A DNA stretch of 63,607 nt, the filler included, from Parasitella parasitica NRRL 2501 (Eukaryota; Fungi; Mucoromycota), in NCBI GenBank assembly GCA_025201805.1. It is 7 parts of 7 records of this genome, joined end to end, with 100 filler letters (N's around TTAATTAATTAA, not from the genome) between each part and the next. Parts side by side here need not be neighbours in the genome. Positions count along the whole stretch, not along the records: positions 20,260 to 46,083 come from MU619406.1; positions 46,184 to 53,842 come from MU619482.1; 5 more parts are not named here. One strand, written 5' to 3'. Each line of letters begins with the position of its first letter. The first letter of the stretch is position 1. A program made the translations under genes and the position numbers. This document shows, piece by piece, positions 41,175 to 52,357 of the stretch. The notes below the pieces were generated by a model. The model was given only the letters and a program-made list of their open reading frames with translations. It did not search any database and had not been told where the DNA came from.

Positions 41175-42028
41175 TAAAAATCAGAGAAAGTACTGGAAGC
41201 AAAGAGAATGAAAGTGAAAGTGACATAAAAACTCGCGTATACTCCAAATAATTCAAAACATTAGATGTGGTCCAAATCTATTAGATGTAATTTTAGTAAG
41301 CTGATGATTTTCATTTTAATAAGCTAGAGACAGACGATGAGATCAACTCGAATTGAATATGAATAAGTATATATTTTGAACATTTATTGCAAATAGCAAA
41401 TGATAGAACGCGGGTTGTATTGTAACAGCCAGTGATCTGAAATATGATTATTTCAGATCAATTGATTAGAACATACAGTTGTGATGAGGTGAAAAGTCGA
41501 GTATAACGTATTGTGGCACTATATGTATTGATTACAAAGAAAGCTTTATCTATTAATTTTTTATTTATTCAAAAAATGGATAATTTGTTAATACAATAAT
41601 GAACATATACGACCATCTTTCATGTTATTTTGCATTTCGACAAGATACTGTAAATACAATGAGCATGATGTCATCTGCAGTGGTGGGTGCATCCTACATC
41701 AAACCATTTCTTCATTTCTTCGCAAAAAAAAAATTTCTAGTGGGCCTGGCATGGGCATTGACCGCCTTTTGACATCTTTCACTTGATACAGAACGTACGG
41801 TTCTAAAAAAAAATCTTAACACGATCCGAAGAACCTTGTACAGTGCTTCCAGCGTCAATTGGTCACCTTACCGAAAAAATTGGTCGCTTTTCCGAAAACC
41901 AATTGGTCAACCGGTCCATTTCACTGCTTAGAAAAAAAAAATCCAACCAGTCCATTTCACTGCCGAAATTTTTTTTTTTTCAACCAGTCCTTTTTTACAG
42001 CTTTATTTTATTTGTTAAACATTTTAGA

Positions 42029-45000
42029 ATGAACACCATCTCTCGTGAGGAAGCATGTTGCATCTTTTACTGTAAACAATTCAACGAAGAGAATGCTCAA
42101 ATCTGTACACAAAGAGTAGATAAGATGGAGGAAGCTGAAATTTGTTTCAGAAGCAATATAAATGAACCTGAGATTGTATGCGAAGCGCGAATATTCGGTG
42201 CTCCGATTTTATACAGCCTGTACAAATCAAAAGAAGAAAAGCTTCGGATGGCATTCCTTATGAGATTCTCAACTTGGTTGTTCGATTTCCACCCTATAAG
42301 GATTTAATAACTACTGTATTCAACGATGCTCTTAATAGAGGCATATTTCCAGATTCCTGGAATGAATCCATTATGACCCTACTCAAGAAAAAAGGGGATT
42401 CCACTGACATGAAGAACTACCGGCCTCTGAGTCTTGCTAATTGCGACTACAAATACTTCACACGGATACTCAACAAACGAATGATGGACGTCTCCGCCAA
42501 ACTGATCAACAGTAATCAAATAGGCTTTGTCCCCGGCAAGTATATTGCTGAAAACGGTCTCCGTTGTCAACTAATTATGGAGGATGCTCAACTGAAATAT
42601 GATCTTGCTGAACAACAATCCACAACAGCCCACCTCTCAAATGACATAGGCTTACTGCTTGACCAAGAAAAAGCATATGATCGCGTTAATCTAACGTACT
42701 TCAAACTGGTTCTGCGCCATTGTGGCTTCCCAGAAAGCGTAGTTTATTGTATCTACAATCTCATGGCATTAAACAAGATCCGCATCAATCTCAATGGCTA
42801 TTTTACGGACGAAGTTTATAAACGTCGAGGCTTCAAACAGGGCGATCCTCTTTCCTGTATATGCTATGATCTTGCTTTTGAACCCTTTCTTCAAGCTATT
42901 CTACAAGATAATGATTATACTGGCTATAACTTTGGCAAAATCAAAAACGACCAGTCCACCACGCAATCCAACGATATCAACACTAGACTTCTCTGCTACG
43001 CAGATGATGCCTTAGTGTTTGTTCACAATCGCACTGATCTTCGCTTACTTAGATACTACATGGATTTATTTTGTAAAGCATCCAATGCCAAGTTCAATCT
43101 TAGCAAAGTTGAGGCATTCTCGCTCTCTGGCCGAGATACTTGGAACTTTTGGCGTCAACCACTCGAAGCTATACATATCCACCACCTCCATTCAAAGAAA
43201 GACGTTATGCCATTGATCTATCTAGGCTTTCCGCTCATTCAAAGCAAAACCCAACGGGTCAATCATATTGCCACAGTCGTCCCTAAATTGAGAGTAGCAG
43301 CTCAGCTGCATTCAACTCGCTCTTTGTCTGTATTGGGTAGGGCAACGGTCATCAATACGCTGATATTGTCCAAATGTTGGTATATTCTTCGCGTTACTCC
43401 TCTTACTCAACAAGACCTCCAAAAAATCACTAGTGTAGCTATCCAATTCCTCAAAAGGGGCATCTTCCCACTACTCCCATGAAGTACCTGGACTCTCCCC
43501 AAAACTAAAGGTGGACTTGGAGTACTCAATGTTACTGCCCAATACTCGGCTTTATACTTTCGCTGGATACAACCTCTGTTAACAAATTCCTCTCATTCAA
43601 CGACCATAGATCCTTTGCATAGTATACTGATTCATTATGTTAACAACGTCAATCGTTCTAGACATCATCAAATTCCGCTGCTACTGCCCTCTTCCAGAAG
43701 AAGTTTCACTAGGAAAGGACGGGTTGCCACTATCGATATTCTATATCGTAGCATTGACTCAATCCCACGAAACTATGACTCTGTTCAGATCAATCATTCC
43801 ACTGCTCTGCATTTACCGTTACAAACTGTCCTCTTTACACGTCCTCATAGTCCATTCCGGATCCCTCCAAAAATTAAGGACATGACAGTCTCTGATGTGT
43901 TTCAATACAATGCTAATAGGCAATTTCTGCATTGGAGGGATACCCAAGATTCTACTCTTCGTCGTTGGAAACAAGCTCCTACTAAACTCTTTCGGGGCAT
44001 TCAGTCTGGAGACCTACAATTGCAACCTTTCTTTCAATCGTTATGCTATCCGTGTATTTCATCCAGTTCAACGTCAGCATCGTCATCAACAATTGACTTC
44101 ACTCCCTTTGCCTTACAATTAGAATTTCCTAACGGGGCGACCGTCCTCTCCAAGATTTCCACCAAAACATTTCGTCAGGCGTGTTCTGATACTTTTGTAC
44201 CTACATGTCTATCATCAATTAGTTCTGACTTCTGGACATTGTTTTGGGCTTTAGCCTTAACTATGCTACAAAGAAATGTAGTCTACCGCTTCATCAACAA
44301 CAAAATCCCACATAAGTCTCTTCTACATCGACTGTTCCCGGGACAGCACCCTTCCCCACTATGTGCCATTTGCTCACTAACAGTTGATTCTCCTTCGCAT
44401 TTCCTCTTCTATTGTCCAGCCAAAGCCAACATTTGGCAGGCTGTTGTTTTCGAATTCCTTTGGCCAACAGTATCTATTCATGATATTATTCAAGCTATTC
44501 GCTCTTTTGATTTCTATGACATTCGCTACAGCCGAAAAAGCTCTGTACCTGCGTCTCTCATCGTTTTCATAGCCTTAACTAACATCTGGAGAGCTCACTT
44601 TTGCTTTATCTTTGATGGCACTCCTTTCACTACAGCCGCGGTTCTGGCCAACATCCGAATCGAAGTTTTAAAACGCATTGAGGAAGACTCAGTTCATTCC
44701 GTTCTGTAGCATACTGGTAGGGTCATAGTTCTGTCGGCAAACTGAACACCTTCTTATATTATTATCTTTTGCTTTCATATGTTTTATCCCTTCTATTTAA
44801 TATCTCTCAATCTCTGTCCCTCAGTATTATTTTATCTCCGTCTGACTAAATCTATATTTGCGCCCGCCTCTTGAGCCAGTTTCACTACTGTGCTTTACAC
44901 GGAGCAATCAGTAAAAACCTTTAAAAAAAAAAAAAAGAAGAAAAGGAAGATCTCTTGTTTGGTAGGTAAAAATAAATGTGAGAAACGAAATCGTTGCTAA

Positions 45001-45902
45001 AAACGATAAAATATAGACAATGACGCGCAAATTGTAGAATTTATAAACTATGTATATCGACCGAAAATGGAATCTTCGTCAAACTCTCCATACAAGTTAA
45101 ACAATGTATATGATAAAGAAATTCTAGGAGTTGTTTGGACTTTCACTAAAAAATTTGACAAGACTACATCTTTGGCACTCACTCAATGGTTGAACAAGCA
45201 AAATGTTGATTTTCTATCAGATGAGCCAGAACGTAAAGTTGTAAAAGGAAACACAAAAAACAAAAAGTTAAGAAGACGTCATCTAAATGTATTGGATAAC
45301 GGATGTTATGGTAAAGCTCGTAAATGGTATTGCAAGATAAACAAAATAAATTAACTCCAGTTTTGTAGTTGATCTTGCAAAAAATATTATAAATGTTATA
45401 CCAAAACATCACGCCTATGTAAACCAGTTAAAAAACGATGGATACCATATTATTGGATATTACAGAAAGTCGAGAACACCAAGTGATAATCGAGCAGCTT
45501 TATTACAGAGAATGGTGGATATAATACGACAAAGATCACTTGTAGAAAAAGTTTACGTATCAACTCACAGCAACGCAAAAGAAGGTTTTCATAAACGAGA
45601 TTTGGATGATCAAAATACTTTAATAGCAGAATTAGATCAAGTTGATGGAGGTACTCAAGGTAAAAAAACTAGATAACAACATGGCTGATCAAATTATAAA
45701 AAAGAAATTTTTCTTTAGACTTCTTAGCTTATATTCATTACGCAGGGTTCACTACCAATATGAGTGATTTAAAAATTATTATAAGGCAAGTAAGCAAATG
45801 ATTAGAAATCTGAAATAAAAACTGAACAAATATTCTTGTAGTGAATATCCCAATATGCAAAAAATGATCATTGACTTATATTTCTACGAAAATCAATTCT
45901 AA
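42029..45902 (+). pseudogene. Disrupted gene with a C-terminal resolvase / serine-recombinase-like domain
   Basis: Removing the LINE restores ...YKSKEEK|EDLLF. Introns 44962-45016, 45311-45368, 45660-45718 and (GC-AG) 45786-45841 keep the frame and give HIIGYYRKS...RAALLQRMVDIIRQRSLVEKVYVS...DGGTQDFLAYIHYAGFTTN. Confidence 0.65.
42242..44932 (+). mobile_element. 5'-truncated L1/Tx1-clade non-LTR retrotransposon with poly(A) tail and 13-bp TSD
   Basis: RT motifs DGIPYE, YRPLSL, LDQEKAYDRV, QGDPLS and YADD; C-terminal CAIC...H....C. In-frame TGA at 43480-43482 (probably from TGG). TSD AAAAGAAGAAAAG at 42229-42241 and 44933-44945. Confidence 0.95.
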
Positions 45903-45905
45903 ATA

Positions 45906-46083
45906 CAGTTGACGAAACTAGGTTGGGCCAATGAAAATAAATTTTGGTCATTTCCAAATTGAGTTGGGACACGATTACAAAAATGGGTGAAAATGGGACA
46001 TGAGTACGAACATGGAGACAATGTTAGTATCTTTCAGAAGAATCAGAATTGTTACAGCTTCTTACCTGCAATATCTTTAAGTT
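45906..46083 (-). mobile_element. Second copy of the Fanzor-element 3' end (terminal repeat plus putative omegaRNA region), cut off by a gap
   Basis: Identical to 61934-62139 except for 9-nt and 19-nt deletions in the subterminal repeats; TA at 45904-45905. Confidence 0.85.
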
Positions 46084-46249
46084 NNNNNNNNNNNNNNNNN
46101 NNNNNNNNNNNNNNNNNNNNNNNNNNNTTAATTAATTAANNNNNNNNNNNNNNNNNNNNNNNNNNNNNNNNNNNNNNNNNNNNATCGGTAGTGACAGATC
46201 AGGTTTGCAGTGATAAGGATGATTTATAGATAATAGATTTTGCTAGTAT

Positions 46250-47740
46250 ATGAGAAATGTTTATGGTAATAAACTATATAAAAACATGGCTTTCTCCGCT
46301 AAAAACCAGAGTGATAACAGTGGGCCGCCCAAACAAGGTGGTTCCGCAATGGATTCTAGCCATAATCCAGGAAACCAACTATTTACCTATCAATCATTTA
46401 CCGATGCCCTCAAAACGCAGAAAAGACATGCCTTTGATGTCTCTCCAGTGGTGGAGTCTGGCGGCTACAAATCTCTGAACTCCTACTCAACCTTTGTCGA
46501 AGCTAAAGAACGTAACTCTATAGTAATCGATTGTGCACAATTCCTAGGTATGGAATTTAAGGACAAGTCTCTTCTCAAGGTTCTTCGTGAACAGTTCCCC
46601 AAGGGCTTAGGCCTCAAGCCTAGGGTGATTGGCAAAAACCAAAGGAAAGCTTTGGAAATTGGCTTTTCTACTGAAAAAGCCTGTCGCGATGCATTGCTGA
46701 AGGAATTCAAGATCGGTGACAAGGTCATTGAAGTGAGCAAGACCCTGAATTGTACAGCCAATGTAATAAACATTGGAATCTCTGAGATTCCTCTCATGGA
46801 CGATGATGAGCTTAAGGATGCCTTGGTCAAGACGTTTGAACGATTTGGAGGCATATTAAACATTGGTATTTCTAAGAGTGGTGACTCTGACTGGTTCACC
46901 GGACGTGGATTTGCAACCCTTAATAGGGACAAATTAAAGGAAAGTATGTATGCAGCCCAGATTACCCCGCAGGTCGAGCTGGCAGGATTTCCCGATTCCA
47001 AGCTGCACCTGGTTTGGTCCCAAATGAAACCGATCTGTCCAGACTGCCACACAGACGAACACATTAAATTTGATTGTCCCAAGGGAAGGAGAAGGCTCTG
47101 TCATCGTTGCAAGAGTCCCAATCATCTAATCGCGCACTGTCCAACTGCCCCGTGGTACCGCAACAAGCCTGAGGTAACAAACAATGAATCGCAATCGTCT
47201 AACGTTACCCCTGAATCAGGCGATACGGGGTTTAAACTCGTTCGTCGTCGCAATGGTTCAGGAAGAGAGGTAAATCTTTCAGACCTTCTCCAACAAGGCC
47301 AGCAACAGCAAACCAGGCCCAACAACCAATTCGACCTCCTCGCCTCTGATTCAGAAATGGAAGAGGACCAACAACAAGAGCCATCCGAAGCTAACGGAAT
47401 TAAAAGCACTCCCAATACAACGGATGGTGTAACCATGATCAGATCTACCAGTGAACCAACTCATCGTCAACTTGAGATTACTCCTGCCAAGTCTACATCC
47501 ACACCACGTAACTTGAGAAGTAAACAGACCAAGAAGGTGTCCGAATTGGTTACAAATACCAACAAGATTACCAAGATCAACACTAAACGGAACCTTGAGG
47601 AAGCGATTTCCCCTGAAGCACAACAGGCAGCTACCCCTATCAATAAGAAGTTCAATGGTAATACAGAGAAGACAAGCATCAACGAGTCATCCACTCCTGC
47701 CGACACCGAAGGTGGGAAAGCGATGGAAGCGCTGGATTAG
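46250..47740 (+). CDS. LINE ORF1: RRM-like region and two CCHC zinc knuckles
   Basis: CPDCHTDEHIKFDC and CHRCKSPNHLIAHC, WFTGRGFATL RNP-like motif, disordered C-terminus. True start may be the ATG at 46287. Confidence 0.9.
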   Translation: MRNVYGNKLYKNMAFSAKNQSDNSGPPKQGGSAMDSSHNPGNQLFTYQSFTDALKTQKRHAFDVSPVVESGGYKSLNSYSTFVEAKERNSIVIDCAQFLGMEFKDKSLLKVLREQFPKGLGLKPRVIGKNQRKALEIGFSTEKACRDALLKEFKIGDKVIEVSKTLNCTANVINIGISEIPLMDDDELKDALVKTFERFGGILNIGISKSGDSDWFTGRGFATLNRDKLKESMYAAQITPQVELAGFPDSKLHLVWSQMKPICPDCHTDEHIKFDCPKGRRRLCHRCKSPNHLIAHCPTAPWYRNKPEVTNNESQSSNVTPESGDTGFKLVRRRNGSGREVNLSDLLQQGQQQQTRPNNQFDLLASDSEMEEDQQQEPSEANGIKSTPNTTDGVTMIRSTSEPTHRQLEITPAKSTSTPRNLRSKQTKKVSELVTNTNKITKINTKRNLEEAISPEAQQAATPINKKFNGNTEKTSINESSTPADTEGGKAMEALD

Positions 47741-47766
47741 AGCTTGAGTATATATANNNNNNNNNN

Positions 47767-47801
<35 letters not shown>

Positions 47802-47803
<2 letters not shown>

Positions 47804-50800
47804 GAATAACACAAAACACATTAACATCAAAATGGGTTCTCTCAACTGCAGAAACCTATATATGAATACTAACCAACAAACCACTGACAACTTTATTGCT
47901 CTATTGAAAAGCAAGAAACTGAATATTCTTCTGTGCCAAGAATCGAATAAACCTAATCACTCTTTTGAGGCAGTTACAGAGGAGATGAAGATCAAGTTCC
48001 AATATCACCAAGCGATATGGACACAGCACTGTGGCATCATCAACTTCAACAATGCTCTTAATTTGGAAAAAGTCAAAGTATCCAGGGACGGGAGAATGAT
48101 ACTGGCCAAGCTTTCCATCGTTGATATCTCAATTCCTCCAGTATACATCTTGACCATCTATGCTCACTCAGGTCTTACTGCCGAGAAGATCAGAGATCGG
48201 AATCAGCTTTGCAAGAGAACCGTAGAAACATTGATGGCAACCCCTGAAATTATTCCCGACTTGATTATGGCAGGTGATTTTAACTTCAGTTTTGACAGCA
48301 ACACTAGACATGCAACCAGGATGAGAGCTAGGCCGCATGAACTCATTGACTTTATCAAAGGGTATATGAAAGATTGTCTTAACCAGAAAGGTGAAAAACA
48401 TGACTATACTTACATCCAGAAGCGCCATGATCGAACCTTTCTTTCAACAATTGCCTACATGTTTGCTGGGGCCAACACGCACAAGAACATGCAAGACGGT
48501 GATGTGGAATTCTTTAGTGATGTATATACTGACCATGCTCTGCTTACAGAGACATTGACCATTGAAATGAGTGACAACGGAAAAGGCATCTGGAGGGCGA
48601 ACCCCTACTTGGCTACAAGCCCGAGGTTCACTAACAAGTTAGCCGAGGAAATCGACAACTACATTCAACACAAGCTGAATCCAGACCTCTCACCACAAGT
48701 CAAATGGGACTTAATCAAGAACATGGTCAGGAAAGTTACCACCAACTACTGCAGGCATCACAACCAATGGAGAGAAAGGAAGCTTAAGGAACTGAACGGC
48801 AACAGGAATAGATTACTTCGTCTCTATGGTCACGATCCTTTGAACCTGACAGCTCTACTTCCCCCTATACAACAGGAAATCACCAAACTGCAAGAGGAAA
48901 AACTGAACAATGACCGGCTGAGATCAGGAAAGAGATGGATGGAGAAGAATGAAAACTCACCTGGCTACGTCAAGAAGACTATCAAGCAGCGCCAAGACAA
49001 CAGAAACATACCGACACTCAAACATCCAGCCACTTCAACAGATTGCAACGACACCCAATCTAAATTACAAGCTGTCCACTCATTCTACTCGAAACTGTAT
49101 AGTGCTGAACGAATAGATACAATGAGTGTAGATGCCATGTTAAGTCAAGTTTCTAAAGTCATGACAAAGGAGGAGAGCGACCAGATCACTGTGGATATTC
49201 CATTTGCAGATATACTTGAAGGTTCCAGCAGAAGTCCAAAGTTTAGTAGCCCACGAATGGATGGTCTTCCGTATGAGATTCTGAAGGTAATCTTAAGTCA
49301 ACCAAGGTGTGAGGAGATTATTACAAAGGTGTTCAACGACGCGATCAAGCTGGGTGCCTTTCCGAAATCCTGGCAGCAAGCATGTGTAGTATTAATCCCT
49401 AAGAAAGGCGATCTCTCGGATTTGAGCAACTGGAGACCAATCACCCTCATCAACACAGACTGCAAAGTCTTTACGAGGATAATGAACTCAAGAGTGATGA
49501 CTGTGACCAACAGACTGATCGATAGAGTACAGACTGGATTCATGCAAGGCAGATACATTGGTGATCAAGGGTTGGCGGTGAGATTGATGATGGACAACGC
49601 CAAAACAGCAAAGTCTGCAAATAAGGAGGAATTTGAAGAATACGTTGGAGTAATGTTGGACAACAACAAGGCATACGACAGGGTACACCCACACTATCTG
49701 GCTCAGGTACTACAGAAGTTTGGTTTCCCAATAGAGTTTGTCAGGTGCATCGAGAACCTATTCTTTGATAACGAAATATTTATCAACATGAATGGATTCC
49801 TAACCAACCCAGTCAAGCAAAAGAGAGGATTGCGACAAGGAGACTCCATATCACCCATCTTGTTCAACTTTGCAATAGAGCCTTTTATTCAGTCAATCAT
49901 CAACAACTCAAATATCTCTGGTTACAGTCTACAACCAACAAAACCAGCGGAGAAACGTATAATACAACTACCAGCGACCGCTCCGATCAAGATCCTCGCC
50001 TATGCCGATGATATCTTGATTTTTGTGAAGTCTAGACCTGAATATATGGAAATGGAAGATTGCATCAAAACATATGGCAAAGCCTCAAACTCAAAGATCA
50101 ATTATGACAAGTCGATCGCATTCCCAATGCATGGCGGTAAGATGGAAGGCTATTTTGGTGTAAGATTGCGGACGTATATCCAGCAGAAAATGAAGTGGTA
50201 TGACTACAGCAGCCCCGACTACATCAAGTACCTCGGATACCCTATCTACGTTACCGTTCAACAACGTGATAGCTTTATTGCCGATATCACCGCCAAGATC
50301 AAGGCCCAAGTGGATTTCTTCATGATTCGAAGAATCTCCATGTATGGACGAGCGAAAGTAGCAAACACGATGATCCTGTCAAAGCTGTGGCATATCCTTA
50401 GGCTGACCCCCATCCCCAAAGCGGCGATGACCAAGTTAAACTCAATCATCTACCAATACATTGTAGATGAAAGGCAATTACAGATCAAGAAGGACGTCTA
50501 CTACCTGCCTCGGGAGAAAGGAGGTTTAGGACTATTCCATGTAGGGGCACAACAACAATCGCTGCAAATGAGATACATCCGGGCTCTTCTGACTCACAAC
50601 CAACAGCAAGTCATTCCAGCATTTCTCTACAGACTCATGGCTCAAACGCTCCAATTTGAAACCAACAACGCTAGCACGCAATCCATCATGTTGTTCCCAG
50701 ACACGAGATACAAATCAAACTTGAAAGAAGGCGCTTTGACACTAATCCTAGAGTCCATGGACGTCCTTAGTCAACAATGCAGCCCTAATCTTGAAGAAAT

Positions 50801-51716
50801 CGAACTCTCCGCCTCAAATTGCATGTCTCTCCCAATCTCGGCTATCTGCAAAGACTGGCAAGATGAAGACGAATTGAGATTTATCCAGCTACCAACCGCA
50901 AAGAAGAGCCAAGTTCAAACCTTCTTCGCTCTGGACCCTAGTGGTGGAAGTATCAACTTCAAAGCCGGGACAGAGTGTGATTCACCCCACTTGTTAGCAA
51001 AGTTCAAAAGACTGTACACCAACAACAAACTACAGTTCTTCGGCTTCTTCCAAAAGCATCTTCGGGCAGAATTATCCCAGGCACGACAATCAGAGTCATT
51101 CGCACCAATTCTCAACAGATATAAGTTCAACGGCCAAGTTATCTGGAAAAGTCATAGCAGAGAAATCAGACACCTCTTCACCAACAGCCTGCCTCTGGTT
51201 ATGCCAAAGAACTTTCCCAATGTCATCACCGCTACACAATGGAAAGTATTCTTTAGAACACCCATGCACCAAACGGCCCGAAACATTTGGTATAAGCTGT
51301 TACACAATAAGTTGCCTTGCCGTCGAATGCTCTTTCAATGCCATGTTGCCAGCGTGGAGAATGAAAGATGCATTCAGTGCAACGGAATAGAGGACGCAAA
51401 GCATATGCTTATTTCCTGCCCAATCAAGCTAGACGTTTGGAAAGATATACTTGCCGAACATGTCAGCGACTCTACCACCATCAACTCCAATCGAATACAC
51501 AATGACATCAAAAATCTGTCCCTAACAAGATACATTCTTTCCAAGCCTGCCATGAAGTTCAACATCTTTGACTTCTTTGGTACGGTCTTGCGCGTAATTT
51601 GGGTACATCATTTTCTGGTAATTTTCCAAGGGGCTCCCTTCAACCCCGAGGCAGCCGTCAAACAAATCAACAATGAGTTAGCAAAAATATCCAACATGGA
51701 TATCATAGATTTATAA
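47802..51716 (+). CDS. LINE ORF2: APE endonuclease, reverse transcriptase and zf-RVT
   Basis: SLNCRNL, LCQE, AGDFN and TDH (endonuclease); WRPITL, KAYDRV, RQGDSISP, YADD and KYLG (RT); CIQC...H....C. Confidence 0.95.
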
Positions 51717-52029
51717 TTAACAAGAACAAAAAGCAAAAATATGGCAGGTCACTTTACTATGTATACACCTGATCCATCATATACAATGATTTTATTTTTA
51801 AATAAAACTTTCATTCCAAAAAAAAAAAAAAAAAAAAAAAAAAAACTATAAAAGCTATTACAGATATTTTCACTAGCGTTCCAATATCTGGTAAAGGTTG
51901 AACCTATTTATAATAATTGAATATTTCATGTAAAATGAGACATCATGTAATGTGAATCATTACAAGCAACAAGTAAAAGCACAAAAGCGCCAAATGTTTA
52001 CCTAGGAAGTATTCATCAACAGACACTAA

Positions 52030-52357
52030 TTAGAATTGGAACAGTTTGTAAACGAAGAGTTAGAGAAATTTTTTAGCATCAGCTATAGACCTAGTTACGA
52101 CACTATTGACGTTGTGCATGATAGTGAGGACAATGACGACAGGTTTTTTTTTTGGTTTTGACCAACACTTTGACCGCTACGGGGATGGCTCTTTTCTCGA
52201 AGGTTATGAATATGCTATAGGCGTATTAGTTTATTGGAAGAACAACGAGAAGAGGTGGCCGCTGTTGGCGGAATTTGCAAGAAGATATCTTGCAATTCCG
52301 TCAAGTAGTGTGCCATCCGAAAGGTTGTTTAGTGTAGCAAAATTCAACATCAACAAT
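52030..52357 (+). pseudogene. hAT transposase C-terminal dimerisation-domain remnant
   Basis: YWKNNEKRWPLLAEFARRYLAIPSSSVPSERLFSVA is the typical hAT dimerisation motif; upstream sequence is degenerate. Confidence 0.85.

Larger units (their letters stand above)
41841..45903 (+). mobile_element. Putative DNA element: TA|CAGTG terminus, subterminal repeats and an intron-containing serine-recombinase-like gene; interrupted by a LINE, right end not visible
   Basis: TA at 41839-41840, then CAGTGCTTCCAGCGTCAATTGG, three AATTGGTC(A/G) repeats and two CC(A/G)GTCCATTTCACTGC repeats before the ATG at 42029. Confidence 0.6.
46184..51845 (+). mobile_element. Near full-length L1/Tx1-clade LINE (ORF1 + ORF2) with poly(A) tail
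   Basis: Two long ORFs, AATAAA at about 51801 and poly(A) at 51818-51845; the 5' end abuts a gap. Confidence 0.95.

Noticed and set aside
40973-41251. ORF with an ERERERE run
   Set aside because: Produced by the (GA)n microsatellite; non-ATG start and no domain.
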